Positions 1 to 21,990 of a stretch of DNA of 64,000 bases are shown one piece after another. A program made the translations under genes and the position numbers. This stretch comes from the human T2T-CHM13v2.0 reference genome, Homo sapiens, in the NCBI RefSeq assembly GCF_009914755.1, contig NC_060926.1; one strand, written 5' to 3'. Below the pieces are notes generated by a model, which was not told the origin of the DNA, searched no databases, and worked only from the letters and a program-made list of their open reading frames with translations. Numbering within the stretch: position 1 is the first letter of the stretch; each line of letters opens with the position of its first letter.

Positions 1-481
1 ACATTTTATAACTAATCCCATCTAAATTTATTTTGTCACTGTTTGAGACTATGTTTTATAGCTAACTCACCCATTAGAATATAGTTTTTTTTTTTAAATT
101 AGATATTTTATAGGAGCTAAAAATGAATTTTTAGGAACTAAAAGTGATTATTTGGTCGTATCTACTTTTTTTTCAGGCTGACCTTGTTGGTTTCACATTA
201 AATGTTGCAAAACTTTAACATTTCAACTTGGAGTTATTCTTTTGTTAAAAGAGTATAATACTGTTTTTGAGAGAATATGATATGATTCCACGCAATTCAC
301 ATCTGTGTTGCAGTTAGATTTAATTATTTGGACTGGGAAGCCCCATATTAAAGCACATGCTGGGCTTAGAACATGATGACAATCAAGGAATTTACCCTCT
401 TACTTGTTTTGCTGTAGTTCAGTACTTTTCCTTCTAAGAAATTTTTATTGGAAACACATTTTTTAAAAAATAGTGAAAACT

Positions 482-987
<506 letters not shown>

Positions 988-1224
988 TCATTGTGTGACT
1001 TCCCCCAACCCTTGGGGTATATCCTTTCAGGCTTTTTTCCTTCTCCTTCTATTAATGAACAGACAATATTTAAATTAGCATTATTAGCAGTGACTAGTAT
1101 TCATATTCTACTTGCAATAATTTTTTTTTAAGAAATGATCAGGATGTAGTTAGATTTTTTTTATAGTTTATTCAGAATATTTCTCTGTTCGTATCCAGCC
1201 CCTTGACTGTTGCCCTAAATTTAA

Positions 1225-1593
<369 letters not shown>

Positions 1594-1790
1594 CAGCAAT
1601 ATAGTACTTTTTAGAAAGATTTGTAGATTAGAGTCCCAGTATACATTGCGGCCCCAACCCATGCCTGCTTTGGAAAACATATTTTCTCTGTGCTAGTATA
1701 GTCATGGCACATCAGCCTATATATCCTCATGTTCAGCAAGTGCACGTTAACTGCTTTTGAAATTATTATTATAATAAATCTGTTACTCAG

Positions 1791-2005
1791 GTGCTCTCAT
1801 CAGATGTTCCTTCAGGTACAGAAACTGAGGAGGAAGATGACGGCATGAATGACATGAATCACGAGGTCATGTCATTAATATGGAGTGAAGATTTAAGGGT
1901 GCAGGATGTGCGAAGGCTTCTTCAGAGTGCGCATCCTGTCCGTGTCAACGTAGTGCAGTACCCAGAGCTCAGTGACCACGAGTTCATCGAGGAAAAGGAA
2001 AACAG
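1791..2005 (+). pseudogene. ANAPC1P4: ANAPC1-like exon (VLSSDVPSG...EEKEN)
   Basis: ctcag|GTG acceptor, AACAG|gtgaa donor; ORF track 1791..2009. Confidence 0.92.
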
Positions 2006-4284
2006 GTGAAAGAAAACACGTGTACTATCTCTTGTCACGTTTCATTGTTACATTTGTGTCTTGTTTATATTTGTTTTTCCTTCAAGTTTTTAGCATTTAA
2101 AACCCTAAAGAGATTTAAAAGATACTTTCAAGTGAAAATATGCCCTGTGTTTTAAGTTTTCATCCAACTTTAACAAACCACGTGTGTTAGCAAAATGTCT
2201 TTGGCTTTTGAGGACATAATTGTTGTATTTCATACCGTCCTCCTCTTGAAATACATATAACAGTTTACTCTTTAGAAAAGGTGAATGTAAAACTATTTTG
2301 CCTGATAGTTACCTTAAGAATTTACAAACAAAGAAAACACTGGACTTGTTTTTCTGTGTCTTGATCAGGAATAGATTTTGAGGTTAGTGGGGTTTTTAGT
2401 GTAGTTTAAACTTATATCAGTATTTTTTTTTTGGATATGATAGATAATACTCCAAATAAAAATAGATAAGCCTTTCTTCTGCCACTCCCCTGCACAGGAT
2501 ACATCCCTTGATACATTATAAGACTCACGTGCCTATGACATTCCAGAGCTATTCTCTTGGGACACTTCTGTTTTAAAATTCTCTCCTGTTCTTTTATCTG
2601 CTTGTCTCTATCATCTATCATTCATCTGTCACTGTTTTCTAGTTCTCTTTACTTTTTTTATGGTACTGTTTTGAGGGGAACCGTCACCCACACTTAGCCA
2701 CAGGCTGCTGAAGATCTGAATTAGTTGTGATTTCCCTATTAACTGTTTCCTCTCCACATGTACCCAGTTATTAGTCACCTGTGAATAAAAAGATGGAGTG
2801 ACAGAAGTTGAGTTTAGAGCATAGGATTTATGAGCATGGCCTCTAGAGCCAGGCATGGCCATGCTGTGCTGGGTGACTTTGGTTAAATTACTTTACCTCT
2901 TGTTGCCTCAGTTTCTTCATTTGTAAAAGTAGGCATACTTCATGGGATGGTGCTGTGTATCAAGTGAATTATTTTTACATAGCACTTAGAATACTGCTCA
3001 ATACATAGTAAAGCTCAGTGCAGTCAGCCATTATTATTAGTAGAGTTCATTGATTCTAAGATGCAAGTTTTTTCACTTTTTAATATCTCTGAAATCAGTT
3101 GTGTATTTTAGTGAACAGGCGTCATAGTTTAATTGGCAGTGCTTTTTCTTTCTTAGTTTCTCATGAAATAATGATACATCTTATCAGTGGCATCTTATAT
3201 TCAGGGGATATAATATTGTTCTCATTATAATTTTGTTACTTGCGCAAAGTTGAAGTGAATTATGTGTAAGATTTCCTCTAAAAAAATTCTATGGGTTGCA
3301 ACAGACTCTTGGCTTTGAATTTTCCTGATCCCAAATTAATGTTGCGGTTGTGTTCCCAGAGAATCTTTAAGACAGCAAAATTTTTCTTTCCAGTTAGCTA
3401 GAAAAGCAGTTATGTGTGTCCAGTTAAGGAGGGAGTATGCTTATGAATAGCTTTGTCTGCAGAGAAAATGTTTGTCAGTTGTCAGCCTCTGAAGGGATAT
3501 TTCTGTGTCTTCAGATATAGCTTGTATAGGTGTTTCTTAGTTATAAATGCCCTACTTCCAAAATTTCTGTTAGTTTTTTTTAAGTGGCTATATGGAATGT
3601 TAAGCTATTTTAACATAGGAAGAAGTTGAAGAGTGGTGTATGAATTTCACAGTAGAGCCAACAGAAACCATTTTAACCTTGAACATACCTGATACATAAT
3701 GGTATTAGTCCTATAAATCTAGCCATCATGTAAGTGAAACCAATCTGTATTTCCCTTGGAGACACCATGAAATCCATTCACCTCTAACACAAGGACCTTG
3801 TTTCTTTTCTTGTGTACAGGCCACAGAAATGGTACTTCTGAGGCTGTATTGGCAAAAGGGATGGGAGGAGGATCCCACATGTACTGAGGACAGCTAGACT
3901 GAAATTAACACAGTGATAAAAACCCCAAAAGTACTGTATTTTCCTTTGAGAAGGTTAGCATCCATCGGAGTGGAATTTTAAATTTCTTTTTTTTTTTTGA
4001 ATGCCTAGAGAGAGTCGGCTTGGTTTATAGGCCAGGTGGTTTTCATTCAATGTAAATATGAAACAAAACAGAGGAAATATGTCTCTCCCTAAGAGTGTAA
4101 TAGGAACAAGAATATTAAAATGAAAATAATCATGTTTGGGTAGTTCACTCACATCTGTGTATGAATTTACTTTGAGACAACTTCATCTTATACAGTACAC
4201 CTTCTTTTGAAATACTTACAGATGATATTTCAATTGCTCTTTGCTTTAAACATTTTCACATGTTGGTTTTTACTTTAATTACAG

Positions 4285-4403
4285 ATTGCTCCAATTGTGT
4301 CAGCGAACTATGGCTCTTCCTGTAGGACGAGGAATGTTTACCTTGTTTTCGTACCATCCTGTTCCAACAGAGCCATTGCCTATTCCTAAATTGAATCTGA
4401 CTG
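4285..4403 (+). pseudogene. ANAPC1P4: ANAPC1-like exon (LLQLCQRTMALPVGRGMFTLFSYHPVPTEPLPIPKLNLT)
   Basis: ttacag|A acceptor, CTG|gtatg donor; 119 nt, phases match neighbours. Confidence 0.92.
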
Positions 4404-6927
4404 GTATGTTAAATTCTGGGCTCAATGAGAAAGGAAAATGATTAAGTACATGCATTAAGTGTAGTTCTTTAAATTAGTTAAAACAAAAGAAATGCTCCCT
4501 CTATCCCCAGTGATTTAAAATTTTCCTAATAGCTGCTGTAGTGGTTATCAAAGCTCAAATGCCATGTGAAACTAAACTTTGAGAGAAGCAGAATATAGTT
4601 CATTACTCATTTTTGCTTTTTAATGAGGTGATTTCAAGATCTAAAAAGTCACTTGGAGAAGTTCAGAAAGATATTATTGATAACGATGAGACTTGAATTT
4701 TAAATAATCTTAAGTTTAATATGTAAAAATATTTAGTTTTAAAATGTCTTACGTCATAGTTTAAACAGATGATCATTGTATAAATCAAGAAATGTACTAA
4801 GCAAAAAGAGAAACAATGGTCACTTGCAGTACTCCCACTCTTCTGCATCACTCCTTTTAACATTTTAGTATATATGTTTACTAAGTTTATTTCCACATAT
4901 TTATAATTTTATATTTGTTTAATTATCAGAAAATTTATATCTATTTTAGATTTTTTTAAAAATTTACAGTGAACATCCTTTTATATCTAGCAAATAAATG
5001 TATGTGTTTATAATTATGTGTATGTATTGTATACATGTGTTTTTAATCAATACACTCATTTTTATTTGCTTCAGAGTATTTCATTCAGCGGATATACCAT
5101 AGTTTATAGAAGCAGCCTGGTATTGTTGGAAATTACAGTTTTTTGGTATTATAAACATTGTTGGGGCGTATTCGTCCTGTGTATTTAGGCTAAATGCTTA
5201 GAAGTAGAACTCTTAGGACAGCAAGATGAATGGTTTTAAGGAACATGTCAAATTGCCTTTCTGGCTGGCACAAGTTTTTATTTCTGCCATATATAACTGT
5301 AGTTATAGTCTTGATTACAATGAATTTTATAGTGCATGTCCCCCTAATGCTGATTTGAATGTGTTCTAAAGGTGACAATTACATAGTTGAAATTATCACT
5401 GAAACTCTATTATAGTATATATGGTTTTGTGAAACCTATACAAAATGTATGTATAATGTTTGTTGTAGTAGTGTATAGTATATGTGGTAGCATATAATGT
5501 ATAATTTAATATATGATAAATAGTACATAATATATGCAAACATAATTATACAGTATTTTAAATTGCATACTTTAAAAAATCCAGAGTTCCACTCAGATTT
5601 GTGAAAAGCTTGTGCTTTGAGCAGCATGCAGGAAATGAGATTGACTAAGTGAAAGAACACATTCCCATCTCCATACCATGCTTATTCTGAGCCCTAATCT
5701 CACTGAGGGACATAGTGAGCAGAGTGGCTTTTAATATTTAAATTGTCTCAGAGGTAAAGCACCTATGGCAAAATTTTAACAATTATTGATTCTTGATGGA
5801 AGGCATGGTATATAGATGTTCATTTTAGTAGTCTTTCCAACTGTTTATATGAAAGATTTCATATACTAAGTGCAGATTAAAAAGAAAATCTAATGCAAAA
5901 TTGGCAAATGTTAAAATGTATTCAATCTGGGTGATTTAGCACTCAAGTGATACTTGGGTGGGTTTAAAAAATATATACATGCATCTTTTTTTCTGAATAC
6001 ATTTAATTGAATTTGCATGATTTAAAATGTGTTTATGACATTAATCCAACATTTTATTCTTTTAGTCATTCTGGTAGGCCAAAAAGAAAGGTTATCCTCT
6101 TAATTTAGGAAAGAATATTTTCTTAAATAGTTGTTTAACCCACACTGATGTGGCCTGTTGTACTTTTGTATGTTGTTATTCTCATTGAAGAAAATTTACC
6201 TTACCCTTTGCATTTTATTTTCTCTCGTGTATAAATATTATGTCTCTTGCATATGATGAATGAATGTTTCAGAAAGGTCACTCAGTTTTTTCATATTGAT
6301 ATGTCTGCCTTTTTTGAGAAAGTACAAGTGTAACTTATGAACTTATTACTCATTGTGGTGCTAACACTAGCAGTTGAGTTAGCTTTTAGGTACAAAAAGC
6401 ATATAGTAAAGACAAATAAGTCTTACTTTGTGCTTTGTGTGTGTATGTGTACATGCTACAAATAAGACACTTTGCATCTACTTAAAATTATTTTACATAA
6501 CATCTTAGAACTCTTTAAAAATGGTATTTTTAAAGCTGCAGTGAAATGGATAACTTTATGCAGTAATTAAAATATTTATGTTAATTATTTTATCCGTGAC
6601 TTAAGACAATATTCAAAATATATTTAAAAAGATTCAATGTTTGCTGTGTATAATGTAGATCAAAAAGAAAAGAATCAAGAAAAAATTCGTAGGGAACATA
6701 TAGCATTGTGAACATATAATTTACATTGTTCTTAAATAAATGGACCGTAAAAGTATAATCTGGTGAATGCCCTTTTGAAGTTCACTGGGTGACTCAAGTC
6801 TATAAAAGGATGCTTTTTACAAAACTATCTCTAAGCATTTTAAACAATAGCATATAATTAGATATCTATATCTGTATGTATATATAGAGAGAGAGAGAAA
6901 AAAAGAGAGCAAAGGGGGCATATATAG

Positions 6928-7441
<514 letters not shown>

Positions 7442-7920
7442 TTTTGTCTTTTCTTAAGATGTCATTTTTCCTTAATGTCTAGGGGAAAATAAAGGATAGA
7501 ACATTTGAAATTAACATCAGTGTCATCAGATGTTGGGATTTATAACTTGTATAGTTTAACAGTGATGTTAGTCTTCATTTTGGTTTTTAAGCTCTCTGTT
7601 TGAAAGAAAAAATGAGTGATTATCCCAGTCATCTCTGTATAATGTTAAATTGGTATCAGTTATCTCATTATATAGCCTCATACATTTTAACAAAAAGGAC
7701 AATGAACTGTTTAGACAGTGAAGGTTTTTCCAGTTCCATTAAGTTTGACTCACATGTACAAAAGTTTTAAGTGGTCATAGAGACCTAACGTTCCAGGCAT
7801 TATGGGGTTAATGGTTTTGAATGTAGAAAACGTAACTAATCTTAGTCTCAAAGATCTAAATTTAACAATCTTGGTTTTGTGGATTTTTATTCTCTCAATG
7901 TTCTTCGTTTGGCTGGATAG

Positions 7921-8192
7921 GGCGTGCCCCTCCTCGGAACACAACAGTAGACCTTAATAGTGGAAACATCGATGTGCCTCCCAACATGACAAGCTGGGCC
8001 AGCTTTCATAATGGTGTGGCTGCTGGCCTGAAGATAGCTCCTGCCTCCCAGATCGACTCAGCTTGGATTGTTTACAATAAGCCCAAGCATGCTGAGTTGG
8101 CCAATGAGTATGCTGGCTTTCTCATGGCTCTGGGTTTGAATGGGCACCTTACCAAGCTGGCGACTCTCAATATCCATGACTACTTGACCAAG
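7921..8192 (+). pseudogene. ANAPC1P4: ANAPC1-like exon (RAPPRNTTVDL...NIHDYLTK)
   Basis: gatag|GG acceptor, AAG|gtgag donor; ORF track 7974..8312. Confidence 0.92.
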
Positions 8193-8395
8193 GTGAGACC
8201 TGTGCTCCCAGTGCCTGGCTTTGTGCCTTGGCTGGCTATTGTAGTAGCTCCTAATTGCTCTATTTGCTCTTCTTTCTTCATTCTTGTACTTCTAAGTCCA
8301 TTTGTCTCATAGTACATGGAATAATCTTTCTAAAGCATAAATCAGAGTATGTCACTTCCCTGGTCAAAGCCATTTAATTAATGATCTCCCATTGC

Positions 8396-12958
<4,563 letters not shown>

Positions 12959-13049
12959 CCACTCTTCTTGCTCCCCCACACTCTAACCATACAGATTGGC
13001 TATTTTAGCTCTCTGGCAAACTAAACTCTTTCACTTCACAGCGTTATTT

Positions 13050-13920
13050 TTTTTTTAAGGAATCTTTATTTATATAAATATATAAAATTCACATACCATA
13101 CAATTCACTGTTTAAAGTGTGTGGTACAGTGGTTTTTAGTACATTCACAGAGTTGTGCATCCATCACCACTGTTAATTTTAGAACATCTTTTCACCCCAT
13201 AAAGGAACCTTGTACCCACTAGTGGTGACTCCCCATTCCTCTACCTCACCCCCCCACCTTCACTTCACTTCCTGCCAACCACTAATCTACTTTCCGTGTC
13301 TGTGGGTTTGCCTTTTCTGGACCTTTCATATGAACGGAGTCATACAAAATATGGTATTTTAGGATGGGCTTCTTTCACTTAGCCTGATAATTTTAGGGTT
13401 CATCCGTGTTGTACCATCTATCAGCAATACATTCCTTTTTATTGTTGAATAAATGTTTTATTTTATGAATGTACATTTTATTCATAAGTTGATGAATATT
13501 TGGGTTATTTGTACTTTTTAGCTATTACGAATAATACTGCTATGAACATTTGTATACATGTTTTTGTGCGGATGTATGTTTTCATTACTCAAGAGTAATG
13601 AAGTAATGGTAAGTAGTGGTACATACTTAGGAGTGGAATTGCTGGGTTATATGGTAACTCTGTTAAACTTTTTGAGGAACTGTAAACTGTTTTCCATAAT
13701 GACTGCACCATTATACAACCCCATCAGCAATACATGAGAGTTCCAATCTCTCCATATTTTTGCCAACACTTGTTATATTGTGTTGAGTCCAGCCTCATTC
13801 TTTTGAATGTGTCCTTCCACTTGTCCCAGCACTGTTTTTTGAAGACTGCCCTTTACCTGTTGAATTGTCTTGGCACCCTTGTGGTCAGTTGATGTTAATG
13901 TGAGGGTTCATTTCTGAATC
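13050..13920 (-). mobile_element. Old L1 (L1MB-like) 3' fragment
   Basis: cacagagttgtgcatccatcaccac, ccactaatctacttt, ggagtggaattgctgggt motifs. Confidence 0.75.
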
Positions 13921-14376
13921 GCCTCAGAGCCATTTATTTACATGCTGTTTTATCACCTGAAACAGTCTTCCTCACCTTCTAAACTTGAGTGTCCTCTTTC
14001 TTGCCACTGTTCCTGGCTAATTTGTTTTCATCCTTCAGGTCCTAATATAAATTTCTTTGTATAATCTTTAGAGATTTCATCCCTAATAATCCTCTAGTCC
14101 CTCCCAATCTAAATTAAGCTATTTTAAAATACTCTTTCATAATACTTTGTACTTTCTTATTGTACTACTTTTTAATAATATATTTGTTTATGTTTTTTAA
14201 TTTAACACTTTTTTTCCTATTAAGTCATTAGGTCCATGAGAGCAAGGACCATGTTTGTTTAGTTTACTGCTGTATTCTCAGTGCCTCTCACCTTGCCTGT
14301 CAACATAAAAGTACTTCTTGAAAGTGGCAGGCAGTATTTTATTTTAAACTATGTATTTGTTTTGTTTCTATCTTAG

Positions 14377-14611
14377 GGCCATGAAATGACAAGCATTGGA
14401 CTGCTACTTGGTGTTTCTGCTGCAAAACTAGGCACCATGGATATGTCTATTACTCGGCTTCTTAGCATTCGCATTCCTGCTCTCTTACCCCCAACGTCCA
14501 CAGAGCTGGATGTTCCTCACAATGTCCAAGTGGCTGCAGTGGTTGGCATTGGCCTTGTATATCAAGGGACAGCTCACAGACATACTGCAGAAGTCCTGTT
14601 GGCTGAGATAG
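14377..14611 (+). pseudogene. ANAPC1P4: ANAPC1-like exon, PC-repeat region (GHEMTSIGLLLG...VLLAEI)
   Basis: tcttag|GGC acceptor, ATAG|gtatg donor; ORF track 14386..14667. Confidence 0.92.
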
Positions 14612-15851
14612 GTATGGGATTAATAGTGCTGAATCTTCATAGGCATGTACTCTCCACTCCACATTAACCCAATTAAAAGTGATAGTAAAATTATAAAAAT
14701 TAAGGAAAGACAATGGTAGCTTTTGTGAGCAAAGAATGATCTAGTACTAATTAAAAAAAACAACAAAACTCTAAGTAATGTTATCCAAGGCTAATGTAAC
14801 TGCAGGTTATTAACCTCCATGTTTATTTGCTAGCTCATTACTGAATTCCAGTGGTCACATTTAATGAGGTACCTGTGGTTTTAATCAGCTATGAGTATGC
14901 TGTTTATCCTGCTTTACCAGCAGTGTCTAGCAGTGGCCTGCACTTAAAACTCAGAGTAGATTGTTTTGGTCCCTGAGAGACACTAAACTAAACACATCAC
15001 AGTGTTTACTGTGTTGGATAACAGCACTTCCAATAGAAGTCAAGTAATGGACTCCTGCTTTCCTCCTTTACATGCTGGTGGGTATGTTGGTGATGAACCT
15101 GGAAATGGTAAGGTCCACACACTCACTTTAGTGAACATTGTCTCTGTTTTTTATTGGCTCCAAACTTTTTGGAAATCTTAATGTGTTGTCATCTTTTTCT
15201 GCCAAATGGAAATGCTATTGGCATTATTAATATGCTCAACAATTTAGTTACATACTTATATGTCCTATTCAAGATCTTTTCTATATGGATTTGTGAATAT
15301 ATTGTTAAAGATGTATTATTCTTTAGTATCATTGTATCAGATAGCTATTGCCACAGTGATGCTACATACATACAGGCATAGCATTGGCCCAGGCAGCTCT
15401 GCTTTAGGCTGTAGATGTGTAGCCGGCTGTTCTGCTGCCGTTCTGCCTCACCTGCCTCATTCTGGGACCCAGGCTGGAGGGTGTGTTTCTCTCGTGGTGT
15501 TGATAGAAACCTAGGAGAGAACCAGTGAAGATTGGGACCCATAATTTAGTCTACTATAATGATAAATAAAATTATTCCCAAAGTTGAAATGTTTTGGCTA
15601 TCACAATACATGGTAGCATAAGTCAGAGATCTGAAAAACGCTTATTCTGAAAATATTCAACACTGGTTGTTAAAGCATGTTCATCTGCAAAGTAGTCTAC
15701 CCTTCTTTGGCTATATCATGATGATGTCTAATGGTGTCATTGCACAGTCTCACAGCTGCGGCATACCTCTTTCACACTGTATATAGAAGATTTCATCTTT
15801 AATTCATATGTATATGCCTTTTTATATAATTACTGTCAGAATGTACATTAA

Positions 15852-16148
<297 letters not shown>

Positions 16149-16308
16149 AAAAATTGTTTTTATAGATCATTGTTATAAATGGGTTTTAAAACACATTTTG
16201 TATAATATTCATTGAGTTGATGGTCTGTAAAATGCCTTTTTTTAACTTTTAGAACCTTTTAGATTGTTTCTAATAATCCTTTGTTGTTATGTATAAACAT
16301 TACACTGA

Positions 16309-16646
<338 letters not shown>

Positions 16647-17008
16647 TTTTTCTTTTTTTTTAAATTGCATTTTTTTCCTATAGGGATAAAATTTCAGGAA
16701 TGTGAACATTTTTTCAGAGGGAAGGGTTTTAATACATAGTACATTTTATCGTTTTCAACAAGGTAGTGTTAGAGTTATAGGGTGCTTTTAAAAGTATGAA
16801 TTTTGTATCCAGTCAGACTTCTAGGATCAGTACACAGAAATTCTACCATAGTAGGGCTCATTATTATATACACTCGAAATAAATGTCTAAACATAGTATT
16901 TAACAGCTTAACAACGTAAGTAAGTGACCTCCTTATTCATTATCATCATTCGAACATGTTTCACCACATGTGATGTGTGGATTTGAAAGTAATGAAAACA
17001 AAATGTAA

Positions 17009-17308
<300 letters not shown>

Positions 17309-17663
17309 GAGATGTTTTAAAAAAAATAATAAAACTTTTTTTTGAATACTCTTACCTTTTTTCCTTTAAAATTTTTTTCTACTACTTGGTAATTTTTTTG
17401 ATAAGACTCAAAGTTTCACAGTATTTCAATATCATTGCTTATAAAGACTTAAATTGGCAATTTAAAAAGAACTATTTTGGGCCCTTTTTTTTTGGTAGGT
17501 AAACCTACAGTTGTGGACATCATTTATTATAGTGTCATAACTTTCTGAATAGTTATATCCCATTCATATCTCCAGTGCAACTTGCTAGAAAGTTAACTCT
17601 AAGATTTTTATGAGATGAGATTTTGAGAAGCTAGTTTGAACTGTGTTGCTTTTCTTTTTACAG

Positions 17664-17755
17664 GACGGCCTCCTGGTCCTGAAATGGAATACTGCACTGA
17701 CAGAAAGTCATACTCCTTAGCTGCTGGCTTGGCCCTGGGCATGGTCTGCTTGGGG
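17664..17755 (+). pseudogene. ANAPC1P4: ANAPC1-like exon (RPPGPEMEYCTDRKSYSLAAGLALGMVCLG)
   Basis: ttacag|GA acceptor, GGG|gtaag donor. Confidence 0.92.
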
Positions 17756-18364
17756 GTAAGCATAGCCTATGCCTTCCCATGCTTCAGTTAGGACATCTAC
17801 ATGTTGAGACAAATAACGTTGACACCTAAACCTGAATATTGTCCCTTACTACGACTTAATCTTCTGCCCAGCTCTCTTGTCTTTTTGGATATTTTTCAAG
17901 GTACCAGATTTGCAAATTGAGAGAAACTGTGGTCAAGAGTGAGACTTTAAGATTTCTTTTCCTCCAGCTTACAGTGTTCATGAACAAACTAAAGGGAATA
18001 AAGTTTTTTTTAAAGTGTTCAAGACATAGAATGAATAAGTGACAGCCCACTATGACTGAAAACAGAGAATAGTGAAAATGTATATGATCAGGAGCCTTAA
18101 GAGTCTATAGTAGCTGCTTGAAACAAACCCTAACCCCCTTTTGCCATAGTGATGTTCACTGTGTATCCCAGAATGTTGTCCCAGTAGCATCTTCCTTGTG
18201 ACAAAATGCAGTATCAGATTGACCCATCTTTAACTCCATCCAAGAGATGTGTACAGAATTACCAGAAATGTTTCATTAAATGATTGTTTCACTTGAAATG
18301 TGGTTCCCCTTGAAAAACCACCAATACATTCTTATGGTCAAACTAAATGATATAAAGAAAGTTA

Positions 18365-18616
<252 letters not shown>

Positions 18617-18743
18617 TTATAGTGGAAGGAATTTTTTCTCATGTGTGTTCTGAAAATCCACCTCGTGGTTGACCATCTGTTAGGGCCTTGAATTCACATT
18701 GGCACGTGAGCTAAAGAGGCTGGTGGTATAATGGAAAATAATC

Positions 18744-19081
<338 letters not shown>

Positions 19082-19707
19082 CTAACTAGTGAGTCAAGTC
19101 ATTTAACTACATTATTGTCTATTGCTTAATCAGCTTCATGGATTGTTGAACCAGATGGCCGTGTTTTATATATAGCCCTGCAACTTACTATAATAGCTGT
19201 ATAACCTTGGGCTTAATCCCTCTTTGCCACACTTTCCTTATTTATAAAATAGGGTTTTAATAGTAGCTATTTGATATGGCTGTTCATTCATGTTAAACAC
19301 ACAGAATAGTGCCTGACACAGAGCATGCATTTAATAAATTACTATTATTATCATAGTTATTGTTGGAAAAGTTCTTAAGTACAATAATGAAAGTATTCAG
19401 ATATTTACAGTTCAGGTTTCAATTATATAACTAATATTTTTCTTTATTGTTAAATGTAACTAACTCTAAAGCTCTTATGTATTTTAAGACAGTACTTAAA
19501 GTTGAACATTCATGTATTAAAACTTTTATGAGAATTATTAATATTTATTAACTCATGATTAATGTTTGCTTTAAGTTGGAAATAAAAAAAACAAAACCCG
19601 AAATAACCTGCTTTGAAGTTAGTTCATTTTTATATTTGTTATGGGTATGTGTTATGGATCTTCCTCCATAAAATTTCTTTTCACTCGTCTGTTATTGTCT
19701 TTTCCAG

Positions 19708-19842
19708 CATGGCAGCAATTTGATAGGTATGTCTGATCTCAATGTGCCTGAGCAGCTCTATCAGTACATGGTTGGAGGACATAGGCGCTTTCAAACAGGA
19801 ATGCATAGGGAGAAACATAAATCACCAAGTTATCAAATCAAA
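19708..19842 (+). pseudogene. ANAPC1P4: ANAPC1-like exon (HGSNLIGMSDLNVPEQ...SYQIK)
   Basis: tttccag|CAT acceptor, AAA|gtaagt donor; 45 codons. Confidence 0.92.
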
Positions 19843-20012
19843 GTAAGTACACAGCAAAGTAATAGATCAAAAGTCTGGAAGCTGGGAAGTTAATTGGAAA
19901 ATACTAGTGTTCATCCTGACATTGGTAAATATGTTAATTTTAAGCATACTTATCAGAGGAATTTTATAAAAATTTAGAACTCTTTTACATGCATAAACTC
20001 TTCTTTCAATAG

Positions 20013-20095
20013 GAAGGAGATACCATAAATGTGGATGTGACTTGTCCAGGTGCTACTCTAGCTTTGGCTATGATCTACTTAAAAACCAATAACAG
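20013..20095 (+). pseudogene. ANAPC1P4: Last ANAPC1-like exon present (EGDTINVDVTCPGATLALAMIYLKTNN)
   Basis: caatag|GAA acceptor, AACAG|gtatt donor (phase 2). Confidence 0.92.
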
Positions 20096-20989
20096 GTATT
20101 TCTACCCACTCACCCTTCCTCCCACGGTGATAGTGTGATATCCTCTCTGACCTTGGTTGTAAAATTCAGTTATCTCATGTGTTTCTTTCCCCTGTGCTGG
20201 ATTAAGCTGATTTTCGTTCTTTCAAGTACTGTAAGTTTTTGAAAGAAAACTGGCAGTATTTGAAGTTATAAAGATTTTACCTAGAAATAATGTATTTGGC
20301 TATTTTAATTGTATTTGACAATATAGTTTTCAATTTCTGTTCATTTCTGTTTTGTAGTTGATGTCAGTAACACCCAAACAATGCCCATGTTTGTTTTCAT
20401 TAATTTAGCATATTGCTGTGAGGACTGGTTAAGCCAGAAATACTTATCATTAGTGTGATCTTGGCTACCATGTAAAACAATGGTTTTTGCCTACTTCAAG
20501 AGCTTTTGTAATTACCAAACCGTCTACCTTCCTAACTTGCTATATTAATGCTGATGCTTGAAAGTAAGATCTTTGGCATTTATGCTTACACGTTGCATGA
20601 AGAGTAAGTTGAGTACAACATGTTATGCCATGTATTAAGTCTATTAATTAAAAACAAATTCTAAGATTCAAGGAGCTTTTCAGTGTTCCACATTTCTCCC
20701 TTTAGAAAAAGTAAATGTGTGCAGAATTAACAAAGTGTTTAAAAATAGATATTTATTATTTTACTATTTGGATGAATGTGTAGGGCAGTGCTTCCTTGGC
20801 ACTGGGGATATTTCATTGAGCAAAACTAAAAATATCTTCCCTCATGGAGTTTATGTTATAGTAAGACATACGTGTACCTCTATAATAACTATTACGTTAG
20901 AAGGTATAAAGTATTGTGAAAAATATATAGAGCAGTAGTGGAGTGGGAAGAAATGTTTTGAAATAGAGCTTGAGATTCTTGATTGTCTT

Positions 20990-21260
20990 GCCCTCTACTT
21001 GAACAGTGTCTTCTAGGAAGCCCAGACACATGGAGAAGTTCTGAGTGTTTTGGCCGATAGTCCCAGATGAGGTTCCAGCAACAGCTGGGATCACCCATGA
21101 GATGTGAGTGAGGAAGGCTTTGAGATGGTTTCAGCCCTAGCCACCACTGACCTCATAAGAGACCACAAGAATGAGAATCACCTGGCCAAGCCCAGCAGAC
21201 CTTCAGAATTCAGAAATAAAATAATTCATCTTATTTTAAGCCACTGTGTTTTGGTTTGAT
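20990..21260 (+). mobile_element. MaLR LTR fragment (MLT1-type)
   Basis: atgtgagtgaggaag, cctggccaagcccagc, ttttaagccactg motifs. Confidence 0.6.
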
Positions 21261-21659
21261 TCATCCCATAGCAAAAGGCAACTTCAGCAGGCCCTTTCTG
21301 AGGCTCTGGAGGGGCCCTGGCAATGTATCCATTTGGTCATTTGCTTTTGACAAAAGCAGACATTTTAGCTGTAATTGGCTAAAATTCTGATCTCTTTCTG
21401 CCCTCATGTTGGGTGGTGGTGGAGTGGATGTGGGCATTTTGAGGATCCAGCAAAAGAAGAATTGAGTTGAGTCATTGAGTTTGGGTTCCATGGGATTTAT
21501 TTATGTGGTATGGAGTCATTTCTGTGTATTTTATTGCTAGCTGTCCCTGTGTAAAACAGATTCAGAATAGTCTTCACCTCCCTCGTGCTGATTTACCTGG
21601 TGGTGTAATGTAAATATGCAAGACCATAGATTACATCACGATTGTGTCACATGACATGT

Positions 21660-21990
21660 GCATTTGCAGGAACATGGATGGAGCTGGAGGCCATTATTCT
21701 CAGCAAACTAACACAAGAACAGAAAACCAAATATCGCATGTTCTCACTTATAAGTGGGAGCTAAATGATGAGAACACATGGACACATCGAGGGGAACAAC
21801 ACACACTGGGGCCCATCAGGGTTGGAGGATGGGAAGAGAGACAGCATCAGGAAAAATAACTAATGAGTACTAGGCTTAATACCTGGGTGATGAAATAATC
21901 TGCACAACAAACCCCCATGACACATGTTTACCTATGTAACAACCCTGCACTTTTATCCCTGAACTTAAAATAAAAGTTGAATAAGAAAAA
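21660..21990 (+). mobile_element. L1PA-type 3' end
   Basis: acatggatggagctggaggccattattctcagcaaactaac...aataaaagtt. Confidence 0.88.
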